32,000 nt of DNA from Nitrososphaerota archaeon (GTDB lineage Archaea > Thermoproteota > Nitrososphaeria > Nitrososphaerales > UBA57), in assembly GCA_016871995.1 (NCBI GenBank), contig VHBL01000006.1:1-32000 (forward strand), read 5' to 3'. This document shows positions 31,518-32,000 of this stretch, piece after piece (position 1 is the first letter of the stretch; every line of letters begins with the position of its first letter). The translations under genes were made by a program, and so were the position numbers. The notes beneath the pieces were generated by a model. That model saw nothing but the letters and a program-made list of their open reading frames with translations, was not told the origin of the DNA and did not search any database.

Positions 31518-32000
31518 CAGGCTTGGTGCACTGGTCGGCAAACAGGGTAAGGTGAGGAAGTGGGTAGAAGAGATTTGCTCAGTAAAATTGGAGATAAACA
31601 GCGACTCTGGAGAGGTTAACGTAATTTCAGGTGCAGATTTGGAGAAATCTGATCCTTTAAAGGCTGTTCAGATTGTCAATGCGATTGCCAAAGGTTTCTC
31701 TCCTGAAAGGTCTGCAAGGCTGCTGAAAGAGGATAATTTGCTCGACATTATGGATCTCACTGCCTATGCTGGGAAGTCAAGGAATTCGATCGAACGCATT
31801 AAAGGGAGAGTTATTGGGTATCGGGGGAAGGCAAGGAGAGTAATCGAGGAATTGACAGGAACTTATGTTTCGGTTTATGGACATACCGTCGCTGTGATAG
31901 GAACTTCGAACCAGATCAGGCAAATGCAAGAAGCGTTAGATATGCTAGTTTCGGGAAGCCCCCACAAGGCGGTTTATTCGATGCTACAAAGAAAACGATC
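31483..32000 (+). CDS. KH-domain RNA-binding protein (archaeal Dim2/Pno1-like); 3' end beyond the window
   Basis: The ATG at 31483 gives MSFRQSIRVPSDRLGALVGKQGKVRK... (KH GxxG motif) and a second KH-like region IGYRGKARRVIEELTG. Overlaps the rio1 end by 35 nt. Absent from the ORF track because no stop lies in the window. Confidence 0.8.
   Translation, partial: MSFRQSIRVPSDRLGALVGKQGKVRKWVEEICSVKLEINSDSGEVNVISGADLEKSDPLKAVQIVNAIAKGFSPERSARLLKEDNLLDIMDLTAYAGKSRNSIERIKGRVIGYRGKARRVIEELTGTYVSVYGHTVAVIGTSNQIRQMQEALDMLVSGSPHKAVYSMLQRKR

Overview
Compact archaeal chromosomal segment with about 46 protein genes on both strands. I recognised no rRNA, tRNA, CRISPR array, transposase or integrase. The gene content is CdvA, r-protein L13e, Alba, aIF2-beta, RIO1, class-I CCA enzyme, ThiDN/ThiR, TatA and CtaB. 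This points to a TACK-type archaeon, most plausibly Nitrososphaerota/Thaumarchaeota (inference only). Main blocks: gamma-CA-like/PPC pair; mdh; fixC-fixX-etfB-etfA operon; an isolated OLD-like ATPase/Toprim gene with a convergent zinc-ribbon ORF; HDAC-family deacetylase; a thiamine locus (thiW, P-loop NTPase, thiDN, divergent thiR); a cdvA, FtsX-like, FtsE-like operon; ctaB, tatA, rpl13e, ogg, membrane sHSP; a CBS protein with an HPF/RaiA-like tail; a surface beta-propeller; an RNA-maturation neighbourhood (thpR-cca-kinase, UPF0200-UPF0201, prs-trmG10-rnz); lysA-like decarboxylase; alba; aIF2beta-DUF424-rio1-KH cluster. Candidates most worth follow-up: (1) an uncharacterised P-loop NTPase sitting in the slot that thiM occupies in bacterial thiW-thiM-thiD-thiE operons; (2) CdvA apparently co-transcribed with a minimal FtsEX-like ABC module; (3) a four-CBS protein fused to a domain with HPF/RaiA-like topology; (4) the stand-alone OLD-like gene, whose Toprim acidic positions read Q and N. 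Genome-scale oddities: all 8 convergent gene pairs overlap or abut; several divergent promoters are built as inverted repeats; two genes, including essential aIF2-beta, have 5' ends interrupted at homopolymer runs. All homology calls come from reading motifs by eye. No database search was run.
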